From: an uncultured Candidatus Rokubacteria bacterium
GTDB taxonomy: Bacteria; Methylomirabilota; Methylomirabilia; Rokubacteriales; CSP1-6
Length of the DNA stretch: 64,000 nt
Direction: 5' to 3'
Assembly (NCBI GenBank): GCA_963747235.1
Contig: CAVVEU010000020.1
Span: 1-64,000 of the forward strand
Shown: piece after piece, positions 39,920 through 49,573 of the stretch
Layout of the letters: each line of letters begins with the position of its first letter
How positions within the stretch are numbered: the stretch's first letter is position 1
Position numbers and translations under genes: made by a program
Notes under the pieces: model-generated
The model's input: only the letters and a program-made list of their open reading frames with translations
Told to the model about the DNA's origin: nothing
Database searches by the model: none

Positions 39920-41206
39920 GGCGCGATGCCCTGAGCCCGCGGCCACAGGTGACGGCCCACCAGGTCGAGCGTGGCACTCACCGCGCCCTGCCGTCCCGCG
40001 AAGGCCTGGCGGGCGGCCTCGCCCATGCGCCGCGGCGAGATCGCGATCTTCCAGCAGGCGCGCGAGCTCGCGCTCGAGCTCGGGGCCGTCCTTCACGAGG
40101 AGCCCGCCCCCGCTGCGCTGCAGCAGCTCCGCGCCCTCGCGGAAGTTGCTCATGTGCGGGCCCACGAGCACCGGCTTGCCGCGCATCGCCGGCTCCAGCA
40201 CGTTGTGCCCGCCGATCGGCACGAGGCTGCCGCCGACGAAGACGACCTCGGCGAGCGCGTAGAGGGCGGCCAGCTCGCCCACGGTGTCGAGGATCACGAC
40301 CGCGCCGGGCGCGGCGTCCGCGGGGAGGCGGCTGCGCCGGGCCGCGACCAGGCCGCGCTCGCGGATCAGCTCCTCGACCTCGCCGGCGCGCTCCGGGTGG
40401 CGGGGCGCCAGCAGCAGGGCCAGATCCGGGCAGCGCGTCCGCGCGCGCAGGAACGCGTCGAGGACGATCGCTTCCTCGCCGCGGTGCGTGCTGCCCGCGA
40501 TCCAGAGCCGCGCGTCCGCGTCGAGGCGTAGCCGCTCGCGCCAGGCGGCGGCGTCATCGCCGGCCGCCTCCGGCACCAGGTCGCTCTTCAGGTTTCCGGT
40601 CACCACCACGCGCGCGGGCGGCGCGCCGAGCGCGATGATCCGCCGCGCGTCCTCCTCGGTCTGCATCGCGAAGACGGAGACGTTCGCGAGCACGCGCCGC
40701 ATCAGCCCGCGGACCCACCGGTAGCGGCGGAACGACCGGTCGGAGATGCGGCCGTTGGCGATCATGGCCGGGATCCGGCGCCGCGCGAGCGCGCGCAGGA
40801 AGTTGGGCCAGAGCTCGGTCTCGATCGCGATGAAGAAGCGCGGGCGCGCAGCGTCGAGCGCGCGCCGCACCGGACCCGGGAGATCGATCGGGAAGTAGCG
40901 ATGGGTGGCGGTGCCGGCGAGGCGCTCGCCCACGATGCGCGCGCCGGTGGGCGTGATCGTGCTGACCACGATGCCGAGCTCCGGCCAGCGATGGCGGATC
41001 CCCTCGACGAGGGGCACCGCCGCCGCCGACTCGCCCACCGAGACCGCGTGGATCCAGCAGCGCGGCTCGGAAGGCAGTCCGTCGCCGAGCCGCCCGAGAC
41101 GCTGGGCGAGGTCCCGGCCGTAGCCCGCCCGGCGGCGCCGGGCCAGGAAGGCCGGCAGGTACGCGAGGAGCCCGACCCCGAGCACCGCGGAGTAGAGCGC
41201 GTACAT
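39916..41206 (-). CDS. waaA: Kdo transferase; apparent frameshift near 40030
   Basis: WIHAVSVGE, ETELWPN, GNLK, AGSTH, APRHPER, GGHNVLEP. Confidence 0.92.
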
Positions 41207-41859
41207 CAGCGGCGCGCCTCCTCGTCCACCTGCCAGCTCAGACCGCGGAGCGCGGCTTCCACGTCCTTGCGGGCCGCTTCGTCGGCTTCGGGGCCGGCGG
41301 CGCGCGCGACGTGGATCGGCTCGCCGAAGCGCACCACGCAGCGGGCGAATGGCCGCGGGATCCGGAACTCGTCCCAGGAGTGCAGTCGCCACTCGCGGGC
41401 GGCGCCCACCGCTACCGGCACGATGGGCGCGCCGGAGAGCCGCGCCAGCGCGATCACGCCGGGCTTGAGCACCTCGCGCGGGCCCCGCGGGCCGTCGGGG
41501 ACGACCACCACCTCGTGTCCGTCGCGCAGGGCGCGGGTGAGCGCGCGCAGGGCTTCCCCGCCGCCGCGCGAGGAGGAGCCGCGCACCGGCACGAGGCCGA
41601 AGCGGCGGATCCAGCGCGCCACGATCTCGCCGTCCCGCGACCGACTCGTGAGCGTGTGGGCGCCGCGCCGGCCGTAGAGACAGGGCAGGAGCAGGAGGCG
41701 GCTGTGCCAGAGCGCGTAGATCAGGGGCGCGCGCGCGGCCCAGAGCGGCGCGATCGCCGCCTCCTCGCGCTGAACGCGCAGGGTACCCGCGAGCATCCGC
41801 AGGGCGATCACGCCGAGGACGGGGCCGGCGGCGAGCGCGAGCGCACCCGGGATCTTCAT
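41206..41859 (-). CDS. DUF374 lysophospholipid acyltransferase-family protein (LpxJ-like)
   Basis: WH, SRSRDGE, VRGSSSRGG, PDGPRGP, SWD..IPRPF. Confidence 0.88.
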   Translation of the reverse strand: MKIPGALALAAGPVLGVIALRMLAGTLRVQREEAAIAPLWAARAPLIYALWHSRLLLLPCLYGRRGAHTLTSRSRDGEIVARWIRRFGLVPVRGSSSRGGGEALRALTRALRDGHEVVVVPDGPRGPREVLKPGVIALARLSGAPIVPVAVGAAREWRLHSWDEFRIPRPFARCVVRFGEPIHVARAAGPEADEAARKDVEAALRGLSWQVDEEARR

Positions 41860-43028
41860 CCGACCCGCGCCGTGTCGAGCACGGCGCGCGCGGCACGAAG
41901 GCCGACGCCCGGCTCGCCGAGGCGCGCCCGCAGGTCCTTGAAGGCCGCCCGCTGGGCGGTGGCCGCCACCGGGTCGTCCAGCAGGCGCGCGGCTTCCTGG
42001 GCCAGGCGCGCGCCGGTCACCTCGCCCTGGATCAGCTCGGGGACGACCACGCGCCCCGACACCAGGTTGGGCAGGCCGATCCACTGCACGCGCGTCAGGG
42101 CGCGGGCGATCAGCTCGGTGAGGCGCGAGACGCGGTAGCAGATGACCATCGGCGCGCCGAGCAGCGCCGCCTCGAGCGTGGCGGTGCCGGAGGCGATGAG
42201 CAGCGTGTCGGCCGCGGCCATGACCTCGTAGGTGCGCCCGCTCACCAGCTCGATGGGCGGGATCCCGGGTCCGGCCGCGCTCATGAGCGTCGCCACCTGC
42301 TCGCGCGCCACGGTGGGCGCGAGGCCGAGCACGAAGCGGCGCCGCCCGTCGTCGGCGGCGAGGCGCCGGGCCGCGTCCAGCATCGAGGGCAGCAGGCGCT
42401 CGATCTCGCCGGGGCGGCTGCCCGGCAGGAGACCGATCAGCGCGTGGCCGGGATCGACGTCGAGCCGCCGGCGGGCTTCGTCACGCGTGAGATCGAGCGG
42501 GAGCACATCCAGCAGCGGATGGCCGACGAAGGTCACCGGCACATGGGCGCGCTCGTAGAGCGGGGGCTCGAACGGGAAGACGGCGAGCACGCGCTTCACG
42601 CGCCGGGCCATCTGGCGGACGCGGCCGGCGCGCCACGCCCAGAGCTGGGGCGGAATGAAGTACACCACCGGCACCCCGGCGCGCCGCGCGCGGCGGGCGA
42701 GGCGCAGGTTGAACTCCGGGAAGTCGATGAGCACGAGGGCGCGCGGACGGTCGGCCAGGAGCCGGCGCCCCATCGCGCGGTACGCGCGGTAGAGCGCCGG
42801 GACGCGCCCCACCGCCTCGCTGGTGCCCACCGCGGCCTGCCCGGTGGGATCCACGATCACCTCCATGCCCGCCGCCGCCATGTGGCCGCCGCCCATGCCG
42901 ACGAGCTGGAGGCCGGGCGAGAGCTCGCGGAGCGCCCGGCAGAGCATGCCGCCGTGGAGATCGCCGGAGGCCTCCCCCGCCGAGAGCATGATCGCCGCGC
43001 GATCCGCGGACGGCTCAGCCGGCGTCAT
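41856..43028 (-). CDS. lpxB: Lipid-A-disaccharide synthase
   Basis: AGEASGD, IDFPEFN, PQLWAWR, FVGHPL, LPGSR, SGTATLE, LPN...PELIQ. Confidence 0.96.
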   Translation of the reverse strand: MTPAEPSADRAAIMLSAGEASGDLHGGMLCRALRELSPGLQLVGMGGGHMAAAGMEVIVDPTGQAAVGTSEAVGRVPALYRAYRAMGRRLLADRPRALVLIDFPEFNLRLARRARRAGVPVVYFIPPQLWAWRAGRVRQMARRVKRVLAVFPFEPPLYERAHVPVTFVGHPLLDVLPLDLTRDEARRRLDVDPGHALIGLLPGSRPGEIERLLPSMLDAARRLAADDGRRRFVLGLAPTVAREQVATLMSAAGPGIPPIELVSGRTYEVMAAADTLLIASGTATLEAALLGAPMVICYRVSRLTELIARALTRVQWIGLPNLVSGRVVVPELIQGEVTGARLAQEAARLLDDPVAATAQRAAFKDLRARLGEPGVGLRAARAVLDTARVG

Positions 43029-43821
43029 CGACGCTCACCACCGTGATGCCCGCCTGGTCGGCGAGCCGTACCACCTCGTCGCGATCGAGGAGCAGCACGC
43101 GGCCGGCCGGGACGGCCAGCGCAGTGGCGCCGCCCTCGCGCATCGCCTCGAGCGTGGCCGCGCCGATGGTGGGGATGTCGAAGCGGTAGTCGTGGGAGGT
43201 CGCCACCGCCTTCACCACCACCGCGCCGGGGCCCGCGAGTCGCCCACCTCTTCGGATCGTCTCGTCGGTTCCCTCGGCGGCCTCCAGCGCCACCGTCACG
43301 CCGCGGGCCCGCACCACCGTCTGGCCGACCCCGTCGGCGGCGAGCCGGCCCGCCAGGCGAAAGCCTGCGCGGATCTCGTCCCACTCGGCGGCCACCGGCG
43401 CGCGCGCGCCGAGCGTGCCCGCGGGCAGGAGCCACGGGGCGAGGAAGTCCCGCTGGTCGAGCACCTCGATGCTCATGCCCGCGAGCGTCGCGACCACCAT
43501 CTGGGAGAGCGCCGCGTCCGAGAGGCCGCCCTGGGCGAGGCCGAGGCCGGCCGCGTCGGCCTGGTCGTACTTCGAGAAGGCACTCGACTTCCAGAACTTG
43601 CCGACGAAGACGGCGGCCTGCGCGCGATGGGCGGCGAGGCCGACGAGCACCGCCTGGATGTCGGTGATGGTGGAGGGGATGAAGACGTCGGCGACCTCGG
43701 CCAGCCCGGGCGCGTCTTCGAAGGCGAACGCGGCGACGCGCCACCCCCGTCGCCTGGCCTCCGCCGCGGCGCGGCCGGGCAGGATCCCGGCCCCGGCCAT
43801 CAGGCCGAGGGTACGCTCCAC
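43015..43821 (-). CDS. lpxI: UDP-2,3-diacylglucosamine diphosphatase LpxI (DUF1009)
   Basis: GLMAGAGILP, VGQTVV, EAAEGTDETIRR, DYRFDIPTIG. Confidence 0.9.
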   Translation of the reverse strand: MERTLGLMAGAGILPGRAAAEARRRGWRVAAFAFEDAPGLAEVADVFIPSTITDIQAVLVGLAAHRAQAAVFVGKFWKSSAFSKYDQADAAGLGLAQGGLSDAALSQMVVATLAGMSIEVLDQRDFLAPWLLPAGTLGARAPVAAEWDEIRAGFRLAGRLAADGVGQTVVRARGVTVALEAAEGTDETIRRGGRLAGPGAVVVKAVATSHDYRFDIPTIGAATLEAMREGGATALAVPAGRVLLLDRDEVVRLADQAGITVVSVDDAG

Positions 43822-44831
43822 GGAAGATCCTTCGGCCAGGCGATCTCGCCCCGGCCCTCGCGGATCATCCGCTCGATCTCCAGCGCGACGGCCAGCGACT
43901 TGAGGTCGTCCGCCTCGGGCAGCTCCACGTGCCCGCCGCCGTCGGCGGCCCGCGCGGCCGAGATCAGATGGCGGATCTCCAGCTTCAGGGGGTTGTCCTT
44001 GTGCACCAGCAGGTGCTCCACGAAGGAGGCCTGGCGGTAGCGGATGGACTCGCGGTTGAGCGTGTATTCCTGCGCGGCGCGCCGGTAGATCTGGATGTCC
44101 TGGTGCGAGTAGTCGAGCAGGATGTAGGCATCCGGCTGGGTGATGGCCAGCGTGCGGATCTTCTCCTCGGTGGCGCGGCTCGCGGTGATGGTGGCCATCG
44201 CCCCCGAGTCGAAGACGATCTGCACGGTGGCCACGTCGGTGACCTGCGACTGCACCGAGGAGCCGACCGCGGTGATCTTGCGCGGCTCGCCGTCCACGAG
44301 GCCCAGCACGATGTCGATGTCGTGGATCATCAGGTCCATCACCACCGAGTCGTTCTGCACGCGCGGCACGAAGGGGCCGAGGCGGCGCGATTCGATCAGG
44401 ATGGGCCGCTCCACGATCTTGCGGAGCTCCTGCACCGCTCCGTTGAAGCGCTCGACGTGGCCCACGTGGAGCACGCGGTTCTGCTCGCGGGCGATCCGGA
44501 ACAGCTCCTTGGCCTCCTCGAGGGTGGCGGTCATGGGCTTTTCGACGAGCACGTGGGCGCCCGCCTCGAGCAGGTCGCGGGCGACCGCGAAGTGCTGCTC
44601 GGTGGGCACCGCCACCGTCGCGAAGTCGATCTGCCCGGCCAGCTCGCGGTGATCGCGGTGGGCGCGCGCGCCGTAGGGGGCCGCGATCCGCTGTGCCTTG
44701 GCGAAGTCGGCGTCCACCACCCCGACGAGCTCCACGCCCCAGATCTCGGCCAGGGCCAGGATGTGGTACTGGCCCATGTGCCCGGCGCCGACCACCGCGC
44801 CGCGGATCTTGGGCTCGGCGGCCTGGCTCAC
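43800..44831 (-). CDS. Gfo/Idh/MocA oxidoreductase (GnnA-like)
   Basis: GAGHMG, VLVEKP, VGHVERFN, DLMIHDID; located between lpxA and lpxI/lpxB. Confidence 0.88.
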   Translation of the reverse strand: MSQAAEPKIRGAVVGAGHMGQYHILALAEIWGVELVGVVDADFAKAQRIAAPYGARAHRDHRELAGQIDFATVAVPTEQHFAVARDLLEAGAHVLVEKPMTATLEEAKELFRIAREQNRVLHVGHVERFNGAVQELRKIVERPILIESRRLGPFVPRVQNDSVVMDLMIHDIDIVLGLVDGEPRKITAVGSSVQSQVTDVATVQIVFDSGAMATITASRATEEKIRTLAITQPDAYILLDYSHQDIQIYRRAAQEYTLNRESIRYRQASFVEHLLVHKDNPLKLEIRHLISAARAADGGGHVELPEADDLKSLAVALEIERMIREGRGEIAWPKDLPWSVPSA

Positions 44832-45652
44832 GAGATCCCCTCTTCCACCACTTCCGCGTGATCGCGGCCGCCCCGACCCGGGCCGGGGATCACCCCCCGC
44901 TTGGACGTCTCCACGAACTGCACGAGCCGCGCGACCAGGGGATGGTGGCCGAGCTCCGCCCGCACCCGCTTGACCGCGGAGCCGGGCGCCACGCCCGAGC
45001 GATAGAGCAGGCGGAACGCGGTCTGCACCTGCCGCCGCGAGGCGGCGTCGATCCCGCCGCGGCGCATGCCCACCACGTTCACGGAGCGCGCGACCGCGGG
45101 CGCTCCGTCCGCGATGACGAAGGGCGGGACGTCCTGGGTGATCTTGGAGCAGCCGCCGATGTAGGCGTAGGTGCCGATGCGGCTGAACGGATGGATGCCG
45201 GTGAGGCCGCCGATCGTCACGCGGTCCTCGACGATGACGTGCCCGGTCAGCCCCGCGAAGTTGATGACGATGACGTGGTCGCCGAGCACGCAGTCGTGGG
45301 CCACGTGGCTCGAGGCCATGATGAGGCAGTGGCGGCCCACCGTGGTGTCGTGCCCTTCGTGGGTGGCGCGGTGGATGGTCACGTACTCGCGCAACACCGA
45401 ATCGTCGCCCAGCGAGACGCCCACCGGCGTGCCCTCCCGGAACTTGAGGTCCTGCGGCACGCCGCCGATGATCGCCCCGTGGCCGACGCGGCCGCGGGCG
45501 CCCACGCGAACCCGGCCTTCCAGCACCACGTGGGCGCCGATCTCCGCGCCCGCTCCGATCGTCACCTCGGGCCCGATGATGGAATAGGGACCGACCCGCA
45601 CGTCGGAGGCCAGCTCCGCCCGAGGATCGATCACCGCGGTGGGATGGATCAC
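44828..45652 (-). CDS. lpxA: Acyl-ACP--UDP-N-acetylglucosamine O-acyltransferase
   Basis: IHPTAVI hexapeptide repeats, PQDLKF, REYVTIHRAT, SHVAHDC, QDVPPF. Confidence 0.95.
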   Translation of the reverse strand: MIHPTAVIDPRAELASDVRVGPYSIIGPEVTIGAGAEIGAHVVLEGRVRVGARGRVGHGAIIGGVPQDLKFREGTPVGVSLGDDSVLREYVTIHRATHEGHDTTVGRHCLIMASSHVAHDCVLGDHVIVINFAGLTGHVIVEDRVTIGGLTGIHPFSRIGTYAYIGGCSKITQDVPPFVIADGAPAVARSVNVVGMRRGGIDAASRRQVQTAFRLLYRSGVAPGSAVKRVRAELGHHPLVARLVQFVETSKRGVIPGPGRGGRDHAEVVEEGIS

Positions 45653-46689
45653 GCGCGCCGCTCTTCCATCTCGCGCACGCGCTTCTCGAGCGCGCGGACC
45701 CGCTTGATCAGCTCCGGGAGCTGGGTTTCCCCGGCCCAGATCCGCTTCATCTCGGCCAGCGGGCGGCTCGGGATGCCGCCCCAGATCTCGCCCGCGGGCA
45801 CGTCGTTGGGCACGCCCGACTTGGCGGTGAGGATGGCGCCCGCCCCGATCGTCACGTGATCGGAGACGCCCACCTGCCCGGCCATCATCGCGCGATTGCC
45901 GACGCGCGAGGAGCCGGCGATGCCCACCTGCGAGACCAGGATCACGTCCTCGCCGACGTCGCAGTTGTGGCCGATCTGGACGAGGTTGTCGATCTTGGTC
46001 CCGCGCCGCACCACCGTGTCGCCGAGGGTGGCGCGGTCGATCGCGGTGTTGGCTCCGATCTCCACGTCGTCCTCGATGCGCAGCCCGCCCACCTGCGGGA
46101 TCTTGCGATGCGCGCGGCCGTCGAAGGCGTAGCCGAAGCCGTCGGCCCCCAGCACCGCGCCGGAGTGGACGATGACGCGGTTCCCGAGGCGGACGCCCTC
46201 GCGCACCACGACCCGGGGATAGAGCCGGACGTCCTCCCCGAGCACGGCCCCCGCGCCGACGAACGACAGCGCGCCGACCCGGCTGCGCGGGCCGATCACC
46301 GCCCCCGTCTCCACGACCGCGAGCGGGCCGATCGACGCGGTGCGATCGATCCGCGCGCCCTCGGCCACGCAGGCGGTCGGGTGCGCGCCGGGGGTCGCCG
46401 GGGCCTCGGGATGGAAGAGCTCGAGCAGGGCGATCAAGGCCTGCTGCGGGTGATCCACCTGCAGGAGCGCGCCGGCCAGTCCGGTCACGTCGCGGCCCAC
46501 CACGAAGGCTCCGGCGCGGCTGGCTTCCGCCTGCTTGAGGTATTTCCGGTCGGTGAGGAAGGACACGTGCTCGGCCCCCGCCGTCTCGAGCGGGGCCACC
46601 CCGGTCACCACGCGGGCCGCGTCACCCACGAGCGACGCCCCGAGCGCGTCGGCGAGCCGGCCGAGCGTGAAGGAGGCGCCGTCGCTCAC
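45649..46689 (-). CDS. lpxD: UDP-3-O-acylglucosamine N-acyltransferase
   Basis: GADGFGY, KIPQVG, EIGANTAIDRA, KIDNLVQIGHN. Confidence 0.96.
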   Translation of the reverse strand: MSDGASFTLGRLADALGASLVGDAARVVTGVAPLETAGAEHVSFLTDRKYLKQAEASRAGAFVVGRDVTGLAGALLQVDHPQQALIALLELFHPEAPATPGAHPTACVAEGARIDRTASIGPLAVVETGAVIGPRSRVGALSFVGAGAVLGEDVRLYPRVVVREGVRLGNRVIVHSGAVLGADGFGYAFDGRAHRKIPQVGGLRIEDDVEIGANTAIDRATLGDTVVRRGTKIDNLVQIGHNCDVGEDVILVSQVGIAGSSRVGNRAMMAGQVGVSDHVTIGAGAILTAKSGVPNDVPAGEIWGGIPSRPLAEMKRIWAGETQLPELIKRVRALEKRVREMEERRA

Positions 46690-47256
46690 TTACTTCGTGG
46701 CCTTCTTGACCTGGTCGTCGTAGGCCTTGAGGACTTCGTCGGTGAGGTCGGCGTCGTTCGCGTTGTAGAGCACGCCCGCGCGCTGCCGCTCGAGGACGAC
46801 CGCGAACCCGCGATCCTTGCCCAGGCGCTGGATCAGACCCGCCACGTCCTGGAGCACCTTCTGGAGCAGCGCGTCCTCCTTCTTCTGGAGCTGCGCCTGG
46901 AGGTCGTCCACGAGGCGCCGCACGTCGCGCACCTTGCGCTCCATCGCGTCCTGCTTCTCCCGGCGCGCGTCGACGGAGAGGAGTTGGCCCTTCTTCTCCA
47001 GCTCGTCGCGCATCTTCTCGAGCTCGGTCTTCTGGCCGTCGAGCTGGCGCTGCATCGCCGCCTTGTCCTTCTCGAGCTGCTCGCGCGCGGCCGCCCCCGC
47101 CACCGAGCGGGCGAGGATCCGCTGGACGTCCACGATGGCCACCCGCCCGTTCGAGCCCGCCGCGGGCGCCTGGGCCTGCGCCCAGACCGCTCCGCCGACG
47201 CTCATCACGAGGGCCAGGCCGGTGGCCGTCCACCACACTGCGGTGCGTCGCATCAT
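46690..47256 (-). CDS. skp: Skp/OmpH periplasmic chaperone
   Basis: Signal peptide, RVAIVDVQRIL, long coiled coil, DLTDEVLK. Confidence 0.9.
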   Translation of the reverse strand: MMRRTAVWWTATGLALVMSVGGAVWAQAQAPAAGSNGRVAIVDVQRILARSVAGAAAREQLEKDKAAMQRQLDGQKTELEKMRDELEKKGQLLSVDARREKQDAMERKVRDVRRLVDDLQAQLQKKEDALLQKVLQDVAGLIQRLGKDRGFAVVLERQRAGVLYNANDADLTDEVLKAYDDQVKKATK

Positions 47257-47269
47257 TCCGCCTCCTCGG

Positions 47270-49549
47270 CTAGAACGAGGAGCCCGCCGAGAAGTTGAAG
47301 TTCCCGAGGCTCTCGCCCGCCTTCTTGTCGAGTTTGATCCCATAGTCCACCCGGATGGGGCCGAACGGCGAGTTCCATCGGAAGCCCGCCCCCGCCCCGT
47401 GCCGGAGGTCCGTGAGGTCGATCTTGGTGCCGCCCGAGATGTCGGGGCCCCATACGTTACCTACATCGTAGAAGATGGCGGCCTTGATCCCGAAGAAAAG
47501 CGGGATCTGGTATTCGATGGTGCCCAGGAGCTCGGAGTTGCCACCCACCCGGGTGCCCGAGCTGTCGCGGGGGGAGACCTGGAGCGACTTGAACTGCCGG
47601 AGCGAGTTGGAGCCGCCCAGGTAGAAGCGCTCGAACAGGGGGACCGGGTCCTTGTCCCAGCCGATCGCGTAGCCGGCCATGAGCCGGAAGCTCAGCACGT
47701 GATCCAGCCAGGGGGTCGGCTGGTAGTAGGTCGTGCTGAACACGCTCCGGACGAAGCGCTCGCCGAAGCCCACCCCCGCGAAGTCCAGGCCGATCGACAC
47801 CGTGCTGCCCCGGGTCGGATCGAAGACGTTGTCGCGGGTGTCGCGGCTCAGGCTGAGCCCGACCAGGGACGTGAGGTGGGTGCCCTCCTCCGAGAGGAGC
47901 TCCGGGCTGCCCAGGTCGTTGACGTCGCTGATGCGATCCTGGCTGACCCGGTACATCGCGTTCCAGCGCGAGTACTCCCCGAGGGGGTGGCCGAGCCGGA
48001 TGTCACCGCCGAGCGAATTGACCGTGTAGTCGGGCAGGATGCGCCGGGTGTTGAAGATGTCGAAGCCGGCCGCCAGGGGCCGGTCGAAGAGCCAGGGCTC
48101 GGTGAAGCCGATGGTGCCGGTCTGGAGATTCTCGCCGCCGCGCAGGCGGAGGAATACCTCCCAGCCCTTGCCGAGGAAGTTGCGCTGCGAGAGGTCGAGA
48201 GTGCCGAGGACGCCGTCCTGCGAGCTGTAGCCGCCGCCGATCGAGAAGAGGCCGGTGGGCTTCTCGGTCACGTCGATGTTGACGACGATCTTGTCCTTGG
48301 ACGACCCGGGAGCGGTCCGCGCCTCGACCTTGTCGAAGTAGTTGAGGTTGGTCAGCCGCTGCTTGGCCCGGGTGAGCTTCTGGCTCGTGAAGAGATCGCC
48401 CTCCGCCATCGGGATCTCGCGGCGCAGGATCTTCTCCTCGCTGCGGGTGTTGCCCGAGATGTTGATCCGCTCCACGTAGGTCTCGGGGCCCTCCACGACC
48501 TCGAAGACCACGTTGACGAGCCGGTTGGGGGTGTCCTGCATCGTGTTCGGGCTCACGTCGGCGGAGGCGCGGCCGATCGCGCTGTAGAGATCGGTGACGC
48601 CGGTGACGCTGTCCCGGAGCTTGCTCCGCGAGAAGACGTCCCCCGACTTGAGCTGGATGCGCTTCCGGATCTCCTCCTGAGGCAGGAGGGTGTTGCCGGT
48701 CACGTCCACCCCGCCGACCTTGAACTGGGGACCTTCCACCACCACGATGCGGATGGTGGCCCGGGCCTTCTCCCGGTCCACGTCGATCTCCGACTTCTCG
48801 ACCCGCGCCTGCACGTAGCCGTGATCGTTGTAGAGCTGGATGATGCGGTCGGTGTCCTCGTCCAGGCGCTGCCGCTGGACGGTCCCCCGCAGGACGTAGA
48901 ACTCCCGCTCCTGGGTCTCCATCGCGGCCCGGACCTGCTTGGGGGTCAGCCCCTGCGTCCCCTCGATCGCGATCTGCTCGATGGTGATGCGGCGGCCTTC
49001 CGCGATCTTGAACGTGACGGTCACGTCGCCGTCCGCGAGTTTTTCGACCTCCGGGGCGATGCCGACCTCGAAGTAGCCCTCCGTCTCGTAGAAGTCCTTG
49101 AGCTTGTCGGTGGCCCGGTTGACCTCGACCGGGTTGTACACGGTGCCCAGCTTGAGGTCGATCTTCTCGAGCAGGGTGGACGCGTCCTGTTTCTTGTTCC
49201 CCGAGAAGAGCACGTCGCGGACGAAGGGCCGCTCGGTCACCACGTAGGTCAGCTTGACGCCGCCCTCGAAGTCCTCCACCCGGACCTGGACGTCGTCGAA
49301 GAAGCCGAGGGAGAAGATGCCCCGGATGTCCTCGGCGGTGCGGTTGGCCACGAACGGGGTGCCGATCTTGAGGGTGACCCGCCCCAGGATGACGGCTTCC
49401 TGGACTCGGCGGTTACCCTGGACCGCGATCTCCTTGACGAGGATCGGGCGTTCGGGGGGAGCGGTAGGGACTTGCGCAAACACCGGGACTGAGCCCAGGA
49501 GCAGGGCAAAAAAAATGGAGAGAGCGCATCTCCCCCGAGCGGTCTTCAA
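47270..49549 (-). CDS. bamA: Outer membrane protein assembly factor BamA
   Basis: POTRA repeats (GNRRV, GFFDDV, GNTRSEEKILRRE), ERFYLGGSNSLRQF, SPFGPI, C-terminal Phe. Confidence 0.95.
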   Translation of the reverse strand: MKTARGRCALSIFFALLLGSVPVFAQVPTAPPERPILVKEIAVQGNRRVQEAVILGRVTLKIGTPFVANRTAEDIRGIFSLGFFDDVQVRVEDFEGGVKLTYVVTERPFVRDVLFSGNKKQDASTLLEKIDLKLGTVYNPVEVNRATDKLKDFYETEGYFEVGIAPEVEKLADGDVTVTFKIAEGRRITIEQIAIEGTQGLTPKQVRAAMETQEREFYVLRGTVQRQRLDEDTDRIIQLYNDHGYVQARVEKSEIDVDREKARATIRIVVVEGPQFKVGGVDVTGNTLLPQEEIRKRIQLKSGDVFSRSKLRDSVTGVTDLYSAIGRASADVSPNTMQDTPNRLVNVVFEVVEGPETYVERINISGNTRSEEKILRREIPMAEGDLFTSQKLTRAKQRLTNLNYFDKVEARTAPGSSKDKIVVNIDVTEKPTGLFSIGGGYSSQDGVLGTLDLSQRNFLGKGWEVFLRLRGGENLQTGTIGFTEPWLFDRPLAAGFDIFNTRRILPDYTVNSLGGDIRLGHPLGEYSRWNAMYRVSQDRISDVNDLGSPELLSEEGTHLTSLVGLSLSRDTRDNVFDPTRGSTVSIGLDFAGVGFGERFVRSVFSTTYYQPTPWLDHVLSFRLMAGYAIGWDKDPVPLFERFYLGGSNSLRQFKSLQVSPRDSSGTRVGGNSELLGTIEYQIPLFFGIKAAIFYDVGNVWGPDISGGTKIDLTDLRHGAGAGFRWNSPFGPIRVDYGIKLDKKAGESLGNFNFSAGSSF

Positions 49550-49573
49550 GGACGTGGGTTCGTGTGCCTGGGT

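Noticed and set aside
36725-41896. 1723-aa multi-domain ORF
   Set aside because: A chimera of waaA, lpxK, waaF and GT4 segments joined through indels and stop-poor GC-rich frames
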